From the IMG/VR virus record IMGVR_UViG_3300010151_000010, positions 1-64,000 of that record: a stretch of DNA of 64,000 nt; one strand, 5' to 3'. Positions 29,106-37,300 of the stretch are shown here, in pieces. Position 1 is the stretch's first letter; each line of letters begins with the position of its first letter. The translations under genes and the position numbers were made by a program. Below the pieces are notes generated by a model, which was not told where the DNA came from, searched no databases, and saw only the letters and a list, made by a program, of their open reading frames with translations. The stretch is from a virus (lineage: Duplodnaviria > Caudoviricetes).

Positions 29106-32100
29106 ATGGGCACGATAAAAGATTTCAGAGTAAAGCAAGGATTGGTAGTAGAAGACGGGGATGTGACGCTTGCGAGCGACCATACTGTAAAAGCGGGGAT
29201 ATTCGATACGAATGTCGCTGCAGCCGGTGTTACGCTTACAGGCACGACACTTGCAGCAGATGGCTCAAATACCAATATCGACATCAATATCACCCCGAAA
29301 GGGTCTGGAGAAGTGAATATCACTAAGGTAGACATTGACGCTGGCACGATAGATGGTGCGACGATAGCCACATCGGATGTTACAGTTGGCTCTGGAAAAA
29401 CGCTCGATGTTTCCGGCGGAACTCTTACTCTGGCTAATAATCAGATTAGTGGTGATAAAGTCGAAGGAGGAACAATCGCTGCTACTACAATTACTGCACT
29501 TACAACTGCTGGGATTACAGCGACTTCTAACATAGATATCGGCGCTTACAATTTCAGAGCAGCGAGTATTACTGCAGATGGATTGACTTCTGGTCGAGTT
29601 CCATTTGCTTCCACTAATGGTTTATTGACTGATGATGCCGATTTCGCTTTCGCTACTGATACGCTAACAGTCACTAAACTCGGCGCTTACGAACAAGCGG
29701 GTGCAGTTGATTTCTCCGATGAAGCAATGACTAATGTGAACATCGACAGCGGTGCGATAGATGGCACGGCTATCGGTGCAAATAGTGCTTCTACGGCGGT
29801 ATTCTCTTCAGTTGATATCAACGCTGGCACGATAGATGACACAGATATTGGGCAGTCGACTGCAAGGTCAGGAGCATTCACGACACTCAGTGCGACCGGC
29901 GCTGTTACTACTGGCACTGCTGGCAGTGGCGTAGACGTCACATTCCATTCAGCCACTTCTGGCGACCACATGTTGTGGGATGCTAGTGAAGAGCAATTGA
30001 AAATTATCGGTACTTCAGGTCAAGTTGCACTGGATATTGATACAGGTAACTTCACAGTTGGTGCTTACGGATTAACTGATGGTGGTGCAGCAACTATCGC
30101 CTCAATGGCTGGTAATTGGACTAATGCAGGTAGAACTGTGGCCGATGCGGGCACTCTTACAACCGTAGATATCAATGGGGGCTCGATTGATAATACGTCA
30201 ATTGGCACTTCTACAAGGGCTTCGGGTAAGTTTACTTCACTCCTTGCCACCAGCACTGCAAAGTTTACTGCGAGTCAATCAATTACAACAACCGGAAAAG
30301 TCTCAGTTAAAAATGCTGATGAGGATAACCCCGCAATAGAAACCAACACTCAATTTCAAGTCAATGGGCCTGCTTTATCTGGTTCCGATGCTACTACCAG
30401 CATGAATTATGCGGAAGCCCGTATTCATACAGATATTGGTAACGACGATGTTGCTGGAACTACTTACAACGGAATAGGTAATGCCTTGCTCTTAGACCAA
30501 GCAGAAAATATCCATGTTGGTCAAGGAATAGTATACACCCAAGGTCGAAGCGGCACAGGAAACTCTTGGGCTGTGGGAAGACAAGCCAACAGAGCGGGTG
30601 GAAATAGCGAAATTCAAACCAATGTATTCCATATCGGATATAAGGCTAAGGATTATGATAACGTCGCAAGCAGCACCGACAATCCTCTCAATGTTGGAAA
30701 TTATCTAATGACTCTGGACACTAGCGGCACGGCTAAGTTCAAAGGAGATATTATTCTTGATGATGGTGGTAGTCTCAAAGAACGGAGCGGAACTGCGGCT
30801 CTTACTTTTGATGCTTCGGGGAATATAACCAAGATAGGTCAAGACTCTCCGAGCGATACCCATGTCTTGACTTGGGACAACAGCGCTGGATATGCTGTTT
30901 GGTCTGCTTCTGCTTCAGGCGCAGACGGAATGGGTAGCGGATTTGTCTTAGAAGATGGGGACGGCACAGAAGTCACAATTGATGAAGACAAAGAAGTGAA
31001 GTTCATTGATGGTAATGGATTAAAAATCAATTGGACTGATACATCAACAGGCTCTGACGGAGACCCATACGACCTAACTTTCTCTTTGGACATTGACGGA
31101 ATGACCGACATCGGTGCAGGACTTGCGAGTGGTGATTTATTCATAGTCGATGATGGCGCAGGTGGAACCAACCGAAAGACAACAGTGGACAGGATTGCTA
31201 CGCTATTCGCTGGCGATGGTATTACTGCTTCCAGTGGCGTGATAAGCGTAGATGCCGCACAAACAAAGGCTACCAGTAGTATGACCAGTAGCACTTCACG
31301 CACAATTACGACTCCTTTACTGAGTATTGAGAGTAGCACGAGCACTAAACCTGTGGTTCAAATTAAGAATACTACTAACGACCAAGATGGTCCTTCTGAA
31401 CTGCGCTTTGTAAAGGATAAGGGAGCAGCAGGTGCCGCAGGAGATGTAGCAGGTGCAATTACCTTTTACTCCGACGATGCTGCACAAAATAACCAAGCCT
31501 TTGGAAAGATACAGACAAAGACGACAGCAGCAACTGCTGGTTCAGAAACCGGCGAGATAGGTCTCAGTGTAGCGACATCCACAAGTGGCGCTCTCGCTGA
31601 AGTGCTTGTAGTCACAGGTGGCGCAACTGCCGCAACATCGACTGTTGATGTGAAGGGTCATCTCATCGTGCGCGGGACAACGACCACGGTGAACAGCACT
31701 ACGATTGACGTAGCCGATACTAACATTACTCTTGGAAACGGTGTCGGAAATGATGCGGCAATAGATGGTGGTGGAATTACTCTTGAATCAAGCGGAGATG
31801 ATAAGACATTCATCTGGGTGGATGGAACCGACTCATGGACTTCTAACAATCACATGAACTTGACTTCCATCACCACTCCTGCATACAAGATTGCTGGCAC
31901 ATCAGTTCTCAACGCTACCACACTTGGCATAAATGTAGTTAATTCGACTCTTACCAAAGTGGCCGCACTTAATGAAGGTAGCATCACATCGGGCTTCGGC
32001 ACAATTAACACAGGCTCGTCTAATATCACAACTTCGGGCACTCTTGCTGGAGGGGCAATTACAGGAACCAGTCTGGCGGTTTCGGGCACAATTACTGGAG

Positions 32101-32615
32101 ATACTTCGCTTACTCTCGATTCTACTACACTCACAACCGCCGAGTTAGGAGTCTTAGATGGTCTTACAGTAGGGACTGTGGCAGCGAGTAAGGCTCTAAC
32201 TGTAGACGCCAGCAGAGATGTAGCCACAATTAGAAATCTAACTTCCGATGGACAAGTGCAAGGTGCCACACTCAGCGCCGATGCAGTAGCCATCATTGAT
32301 ACAGCAAGAGGTAGTGGAGCATCAATTTCTGGCGAAACATCTCTCATGAACATCGCCAAGGCAACATACCGAGCGGCTAAAGTCTTGTATCATATTAAGA
32401 AGGACGATAGTGCAGATACAGATGCGGGTGAGATACTCATCACATACAACGGCACAGATGCCTTCCTAACTCACTATGCGGAAATCAGCACAGGTTCTGC
32501 AGTAATCGGAACTTGGGATGCTACAGTCAATAGTGCTAATATCGAAGTGAGATTTACTCCTACTGCAGACGGGGCGCATACATACAGTCTCTGCACAACA
32601 CAACTCATAACCTGA
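29106..32615 (+). CDS. Tail fibre protein 2
   Basis: N-terminal KDFRVKQGL; repeated INxGxIDxTxIG units; C-terminal YRAAKVLYHI domain. Confidence 0.75.
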   Translation: MGTIKDFRVKQGLVVEDGDVTLASDHTVKAGIFDTNVAAAGVTLTGTTLAADGSNTNIDINITPKGSGEVNITKVDIDAGTIDGATIATSDVTVGSGKTLDVSGGTLTLANNQISGDKVEGGTIAATTITALTTAGITATSNIDIGAYNFRAASITADGLTSGRVPFASTNGLLTDDADFAFATDTLTVTKLGAYEQAGAVDFSDEAMTNVNIDSGAIDGTAIGANSASTAVFSSVDINAGTIDDTDIGQSTARSGAFTTLSATGAVTTGTAGSGVDVTFHSATSGDHMLWDASEEQLKIIGTSGQVALDIDTGNFTVGAYGLTDGGAATIASMAGNWTNAGRTVADAGTLTTVDINGGSIDNTSIGTSTRASGKFTSLLATSTAKFTASQSITTTGKVSVKNADEDNPAIETNTQFQVNGPALSGSDATTSMNYAEARIHTDIGNDDVAGTTYNGIGNALLLDQAENIHVGQGIVYTQGRSGTGNSWAVGRQANRAGGNSEIQTNVFHIGYKAKDYDNVASSTDNPLNVGNYLMTLDTSGTAKFKGDIILDDGGSLKERSGTAALTFDASGNITKIGQDSPSDTHVLTWDNSAGYAVWSASASGADGMGSGFVLEDGDGTEVTIDEDKEVKFIDGNGLKINWTDTSTGSDGDPYDLTFSLDIDGMTDIGAGLASGDLFIVDDGAGGTNRKTTVDRIATLFAGDGITASSGVISVDAAQTKATSSMTSSTSRTITTPLLSIESSTSTKPVVQIKNTTNDQDGPSELRFVKDKGAAGAAGDVAGAITFYSDDAAQNNQAFGKIQTKTTAATAGSETGEIGLSVATSTSGALAEVLVVTGGATAATSTVDVKGHLIVRGTTTTVNSTTIDVADTNITLGNGVGNDAAIDGGGITLESSGDDKTFIWVDGTDSWTSNNHMNLTSITTPAYKIAGTSVLNATTLGINVVNSTLTKVAALNEGSITSGFGTINTGSSNITTSGTLAGGAITGTSLAVSGTITGDTSLTLDSTTLTTAELGVLDGLTVGTVAASKALTVDASRDVATIRNLTSDGQVQGATLSADAVAIIDTARGSGASISGETSLMNIAKATYRAAKVLYHIKKDDSADTDAGEILITYNGTDAFLTHYAEISTGSAVIGTWDATVNSANIEVRFTPTADGAHTYSLCTTQLIT

Positions 32616-32640
32616 TGGACAGTGAAATTATGGTGATAAC

Positions 32641-35382
32641 TTGGGAACGAATAAGGATTTTGTAGTAAAGAAAGGATTAGTAGTAACCGAAGACATTGAA
32701 CTCGGTCATGCTACTGATACCACGATAGCGCGCTCCAGTGCTGGAGCAATAACCATTGAAGGGGTAGCAGTCCCCACTGTATCATCCACTTCCACACTCA
32801 CGAACAAGACACTTACAGCGCCCGTCATCAACATAGGTTCTGATGCAGAAGGGGACATTTACTACCGTACTTCTGGTGGCGCATTTACTCGTTTGGCAAG
32901 AGGGTCTGATAATCAGACTCTAATGATGAATGGTAATGTCCCTAATTGGGAAACAGTAAGTGGCGGTGGTAGTGGCGATGTAGAGAAGGTAGGAACACCA
33001 GTAAATAACCAAGTTGGAGTTTGGACTGGTGATGGGACTATTGAAGGAGATGCCAAATTAACATGGGATGGAACAGAACAACTTGAACTAACTGATTCTG
33101 ATGCAGGTTCAGGATGGGGGCCAATTCTCAGTCTTTACCACGATTCAGCATCACCACTTGCTAATGACGGGCTTGGAAACATAAGATTCTATGGTAAGGA
33201 CAGCGTAGGGAATAAAGAAGAATATGCTCGTATTCGGGCTAAGATAGCAGATGAATCATCGGGTACAGAAGATGTACAGTTGAAGTTTGGAACAGTTAAT
33301 GCGGGTACTTTCGATGAAGATATGCTTGTTCTTTCTGAGGGTGGAGTTTCAGGAACAGTAATCAAAGATGAAGACAATTTGGCTTCCAATTCTGCTACTC
33401 ATCTTGCTACTCAACAATCAATCAAAGCGTATGTTGATGCTAACGCAGGTGGCGGTGGTGCTTCTGCTCTTGATGGCCTGTCCGATGTGGCGGATAGTAC
33501 CGATGCAAACTTAACAGAGAGCATAGTAGTGGGGAACGCTGTTGGTTCTGTTGCGAGTGGGACATGGGATAGGGTCTATTACCTGACCGCACTTGGTTCA
33601 GGCGCGGCGGCGAATATCACCACAGGCGACGGTATAACAGCCATCGGAAGGAACGCAGGGAGAGCCATAACAACCGGCTCCGATTCTGTATTCATTGGCT
33701 CAGGGGCTGGGTCTAATTCGGATGGTACATCGGGTGTTACTACAGCAACTCACAATTATATTATCGGGAACGCAGGTTCAGGACCAATGACCGGCAGTAA
33801 GAATGTAATCATGGGTGCAACCGCAGGTTATGACCTAACCTCGGGTCATTCAAATGTGATGTTAGGATATAGAGCCGCCGCTAATCAGACAACGGGCAAC
33901 TCTATGGTGGCTATCGGCCATGATGCACTTTACACAGGAACAGGTCAGAACTTTATGACCGCAGTAGGTCATAGTGCTGGATATAGCCATACAGGAACAG
34001 AAGGTGTCTTGATTGGTTCAGATGCAGGGAGAGAGTCAGGTAGTGGAAATGGTGCTGTTCATATCGGCAGACAAGCGGGCTACTACGCTACAGGAAACGA
34101 CAATGTGTCGGTTGGCCGCACCGCTATGTTTGGGACAAATGGTTCGGCAACAGGGACTAACAATGTGGCGATGGGAAGAGGCGCACTTTACACCTACACT
34201 TCGGCATCAGGCTCAACAGCAATAGGACATAATACTCTGTATAACCTCACCTCGGGAGGATATAACGTCGCTGTAGGTTATCAGACCATGTATAATGCTT
34301 CGGATGGGGAGAAGAACACCTGCGTTGGGTATCAGGCCATGTATAATCACGGAGGAAACTATAACGTCGCACTTGGCTACAGGACGTTATACGGAGCCAG
34401 CGAAGCATCATCCACAGGTGGCTACAATGTCGCCATAGGCGAGGAAGCCATGAAGAACAACACATCAGGAGGGGCAAGTGTCTGCATCGGTTGGGAGGCT
34501 GGTAAGGCTATAACAAGCGGTGGCTCCAACATCGCAATAGGTCGTGCGGCAGGTTGGAGCATGACTGACCCAAACTACAACATCTTCATTGGCGAGTTCG
34601 CAGGTAAGTTGGTGACTACCAATAATTACTGCGTCGCGGTGGGTCACTTCTCACAAGACGGTATGACAGGTAGTAACAATGTGAGTATGGGAGTTAATAC
34701 TCTTGGTGGTACTGGGGCTGGAGAACACAACACAGCAATTGGAAATCACGCTGGTCATGCAACGTCGAGTGGGACAAGAAATATCTTCCTCGGACAGTAT
34801 GCCGGGAGTGGAGTCACTTCGGGTGATAACAATGTGGTTATAGGTAAAGCAGATGTGACGGCAGATGCAGACGACCAACTCTCAATTTCTTCGGGTGATG
34901 GTAGCCCTATTTGGATTACAGGTGACTCAGCAGGTAAAGTCACAATGAATGATGTATCGCCAGCAGAATACAATACTTGGGCGCAATTCTTCTATCAACG
35001 AGATGATGTAGGAACAGGCACAGTCAATATAACTTTACCTACTCAATCAGGGGCTGATTCAACTGCGGCGGGTTATCCAATGCCGGTAGCAGGGGTAGTT
35101 AAAGCAATATCATTTCAGTCTTCGGGTGTTTCTCTTAGTGGTTCAGATGCACAAACATGGAGAGTTAGAGTAAATGGTTCAAGTAGTGCGGGTGATTATG
35201 AAGATTTTACTTTTTCTCCGGCAGACATGGCTAATCCAAGCGGGACTAATTTTGTTTATACTAAGACAAGATTAGAATTAAGTGTGGATGCAAACGACTT
35301 ATTACAAATTAGAAGACAGGCTGTTGCTGGTTCCGTATCATACGGAGATGTGAACTGTATAGTATATGTTGATTTTAGTTGA
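32641..35382 (+). CDS. Tail fibre/adhesin 3 with YadA-head-like repeats (TTG start)
   Basis: N-terminal KDFVVKKGL; many N(V/T)A(I/V)GxxA repeats; SD GGTGA before TTG. Confidence 0.75.
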   Translation: MGTNKDFVVKKGLVVTEDIELGHATDTTIARSSAGAITIEGVAVPTVSSTSTLTNKTLTAPVINIGSDAEGDIYYRTSGGAFTRLARGSDNQTLMMNGNVPNWETVSGGGSGDVEKVGTPVNNQVGVWTGDGTIEGDAKLTWDGTEQLELTDSDAGSGWGPILSLYHDSASPLANDGLGNIRFYGKDSVGNKEEYARIRAKIADESSGTEDVQLKFGTVNAGTFDEDMLVLSEGGVSGTVIKDEDNLASNSATHLATQQSIKAYVDANAGGGGASALDGLSDVADSTDANLTESIVVGNAVGSVASGTWDRVYYLTALGSGAAANITTGDGITAIGRNAGRAITTGSDSVFIGSGAGSNSDGTSGVTTATHNYIIGNAGSGPMTGSKNVIMGATAGYDLTSGHSNVMLGYRAAANQTTGNSMVAIGHDALYTGTGQNFMTAVGHSAGYSHTGTEGVLIGSDAGRESGSGNGAVHIGRQAGYYATGNDNVSVGRTAMFGTNGSATGTNNVAMGRGALYTYTSASGSTAIGHNTLYNLTSGGYNVAVGYQTMYNASDGEKNTCVGYQAMYNHGGNYNVALGYRTLYGASEASSTGGYNVAIGEEAMKNNTSGGASVCIGWEAGKAITSGGSNIAIGRAAGWSMTDPNYNIFIGEFAGKLVTTNNYCVAVGHFSQDGMTGSNNVSMGVNTLGGTGAGEHNTAIGNHAGHATSSGTRNIFLGQYAGSGVTSGDNNVVIGKADVTADADDQLSISSGDGSPIWITGDSAGKVTMNDVSPAEYNTWAQFFYQRDDVGTGTVNITLPTQSGADSTAAGYPMPVAGVVKAISFQSSGVSLSGSDAQTWRVRVNGSSSAGDYEDFTFSPADMANPSGTNFVYTKTRLELSVDANDLLQIRRQAVAGSVSYGDVNCIVYVDFS

Positions 35383-35392
35383 AGGTGATTAA

Positions 35393-35602
35393 ATGGAATG
35401 GGATGAATTAAGAGATATTAGAACACAAAAACTGTTGCGTATGGACAGGTATCAATTATCAATACGATACGATGCGCTTACAGACGCACAGAAAACAGAA
35501 CTACAACAATATAGAACAGACCTTCTTACATTACCACAAAATTATAACACACCTCAAGAGGCGTATGATAACATTCCCACCAAACCCACTTGGTTTGATT
35601 AA
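35393..35602 (+). CDS. Tail fibre assembly chaperone
   Basis: W..LR..R...L...D...YR..L..LPQ...P.KP.W signature. Confidence 0.8.
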   Translation: MEWDELRDIRTQKLLRMDRYQLSIRYDALTDAQKTELQQYRTDLLTLPQNYNTPQEAYDNIPTKPTWFD

Positions 35603-35614
35603 GGAGGAAAAGAA

Positions 35615-35941
35615 ATGGCACTAAGAATAGAATACGAAACAGCATACGGAATAACTTGTGAATACGCGCATTGTGTGGTAATTGACGCTAGATGTAATAG
35701 AGATACAAAACGCTCTATTGTTGACGGCGAAGATGTTGAGATAAAGACATTCCCAATAAATTACAGTGGAAAAATATACGCGAGTGAATCTGCGTATGGT
35801 GATGGGGCTTCACCCATTGGCGGATTTAATGGTCGCTTTGAATTAGATGCTACTGGTGCTAAGACACAATACAACATAGTAAAACAATGCTACAATCACT
35901 TGAAGACCAAAGATGGTTTTACTGACGGTGTGGATTGCTGA
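35615..35941 (+). CDS. Fibre-associated small protein
   Basis: MAL...YET.YGI ... CYNHLKT...DC pattern; last gene of the + arm. Confidence 0.55.
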   Translation: MALRIEYETAYGITCEYAHCVVIDARCNRDTKRSIVDGEDVEIKTFPINYSGKIYASESAYGDGASPIGGFNGRFELDATGAKTQYNIVKQCYNHLKTKDGFTDGVDC

Positions 35942-36208
35942 TTACTCATCCATCAATTCGCGGGCTTTCTGCACGCTGAACCGAATCTTCTGCGTGCTTG
36001 GTAAATACCAAAATGTCTCCTTTTCTAAGCCGAAGGTTTCTTCCACTCTTTGACATAGTTCGTAGCGCGAGTTTACACGCAAGTCATCGTCTATCTCAAG
36101 ACCGAGAACGGTGCCTGTTTCCTCGTCTGTATATTGGATTTTCTTATCCAGCCAAACATAGACATTACCCATTAACGAGATAAGGCGGCGAGCCAACCAC
36201 TGAAACAC
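35942..36208 (-). CDS. Hypothetical protein
   Basis: 88-aa ORF whose stop abuts the stop of the + arm. Confidence 0.6.
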   Translation of the reverse strand: MFQWLARRLISLMGNVYVWLDKKIQYTDEETGTVLGLEIDDDLRVNSRYELCQRVEETFGLEKETFWYLPSTQKIRFSVQKARELMDE

Positions 36209-36234
36209 GGTGTGAAAAATACACCGCTTCTATA

Positions 36235-36438
36235 CTAACTTTTCTTCTTAAATGCAGTGTCTTGCCAAATATGACCGCATTCTTTGCACTGCCACAATTG
36301 GATTTGTTTTGCCCTACCTGTGGCTTGAGTATTGGAATAGCCCGAATATCGAGCCATGAGAGAGTGGGGGATATGCTTGTGTTCGCAATTGCGACAGTGG
36401 ACTTTCAGTCTATCCATTAAACGGCCCAATCGTGCCAC
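36235..36438 (-). CDS. Zinc-ribbon protein (TFS C-terminal-like ending)
   Basis: CRNC...WQCKECGHIWQD. Confidence 0.6.
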   Translation of the reverse strand: MARLGRLMDRLKVHCRNCEHKHIPHSLMARYSGYSNTQATGRAKQIQLWQCKECGHIWQDTAFKKKS

Positions 36439-36548
36439 GCCCTAATTACTTCATGTGTAGGAATCCATTTTTTACATTTCATACATCTTGAGTAATGAAA
36501 ATCATCTATTCCCCAATCTTTCTTTATGCAATCACAATAATCACTCAT
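36417..36548 (-). CDS. 43-aa Cys-rich microprotein
   Basis: Hand translation MSDYCDC...RCMKCKKWIP...; not in the ORF track. Confidence 0.4.
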   Translation of the reverse strand: MSDYCDCIKKDWGIDDFHYSRCMKCKKWIPTHEVIRAWHDWAV

Positions 36549-36690
36549 TGTAATCCCACTCCCAATCTCTCATTCCATATGCATAAGAAAATATCTTATC
36601 CATTGCGAGTCCTACATACCACATTCCGTAAACTAAGGCGAAAGATAACACTCCCAACAACGCAAGTTCTGTTATCCAATATAGCAACAT
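36541..36690 (-). CDS. 49-aa single-pass membrane microprotein
   Basis: Hand translation MLLYWITELALLGVLSFALVYGMWYVGLAM...; ATG directly follows the upstream TGA. Confidence 0.55.
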   Translation of the reverse strand: MLLYWITELALLGVLSFALVYGMWYVGLAMDKIFSYAYGMRDWEWDYNE

Positions 36691-36939
36691 TCACTCACTT
36701 TCCTTCAATTTTAGTAGCAATTTACGGGTTTCTTTCATGTATATTCTCGCTCTCTCGGTTATGACTCGGCGGGTGATGTTATTCCACAAAGCACCACATT
36801 CATTACAACTAATAACTGTTGATTTGTATTCTTCTATATCTGAATCTTCAACAAGATATTCTTTAACCATTTCAGAAGCACAATTGAAACAATTATCCAT
36901 GCCCTCATCAATGTTATTCTCAACATACAGATATTTCAT
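36691..36939 (-). CDS. Zinc-ribbon protein with MKYLYVENNIDEG leader
   Basis: CFNC...CNECG; its 5' end is the 47-bp repeat. Confidence 0.65.
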   Translation of the reverse strand: MKYLYVENNIDEGMDNCFNCASEMVKEYLVEDSDIEEYKSTVISCNECGALWNNITRRVITERARIYMKETRKLLLKLKESE

Positions 36940-36948
36940 TCACTCACC
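36902..36948. repeat. 47-bp direct repeat, copy 1
   Basis: ccctcatcaatgttattctcaacatacagatatttcattcactcacc, identical to 37254-37300. Confidence 0.95.
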
Positions 36949-37196
36949 TCCACGTATTCAGGTGGCTTTACACTCTTACCAAAGCACCAACAGTTGTGTT
37001 TTTCGGTGTGGTCATCGTTATTGTCTTCCATCCAATGAGTTATCCCCATGAATTGATATGGTGCATTGAGATTATGACCACAAGCAGGGCAAGGATGATA
37101 ATTATGCAAAACCCAATGGCTTGTGGTAGGCTCGGTTACATGGCCGCACATACAACCATATACGATTATGTTGCTTCTTTCTTCTTCATCACTCAT
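36936..37196 (-). CDS. Cys/His-rich zinc-binding protein
   Basis: CMCG...CPACG...H.C.C; start MSDEEE in an ATGA overlap. Confidence 0.6.
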   Translation of the reverse strand: MSDEEERSNIIVYGCMCGHVTEPTTSHWVLHNYHPCPACGHNLNAPYQFMGITHWMEDNNDDHTEKHNCWCFGKSVKPPEYVEVSE

Positions 37197-37291
37197 GCAT
37201 ACCAACCTTCCTTAAATCTATTCAATTCCTTTAGCGAAGTGAAGGTTCGTATCCCCTCATCAATGTTATTCTCAACATACAGATATTTCAT
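37193..37291 (-). CDS. 32-aa microprotein with MKYLYVENNIDEG leader
   Basis: Hand translation MKYLYVENNIDEGIRTFTSLKELNRFKEGWYA*; coupled to both neighbours. Confidence 0.5.
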   Translation of the reverse strand: MKYLYVENNIDEGIRTFTSLKELNRFKEGWYA

Positions 37292-37300
37292 TCACTCACC
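37254..37300. repeat. 47-bp direct repeat, copy 2
   Basis: Identical to 36902-36948; contains the chaperonin stop, an SD and a start codon. Confidence 0.95.

Noticed and set aside
562-34973. Many minus-strand and alternate-frame ORFs inside the structural arm
   Set aside because: Shadows of long + strand genes with no motifs; the Ser-rich and FLFFLKN repeats are antisense readings of the Glu repeat
26658-35941. Diversity-generating retroelement or invertible fibre cassette
   Set aside because: No reverse transcriptase, adenine-specific TR/VR pair, invertase or inverted repeats seen in the window
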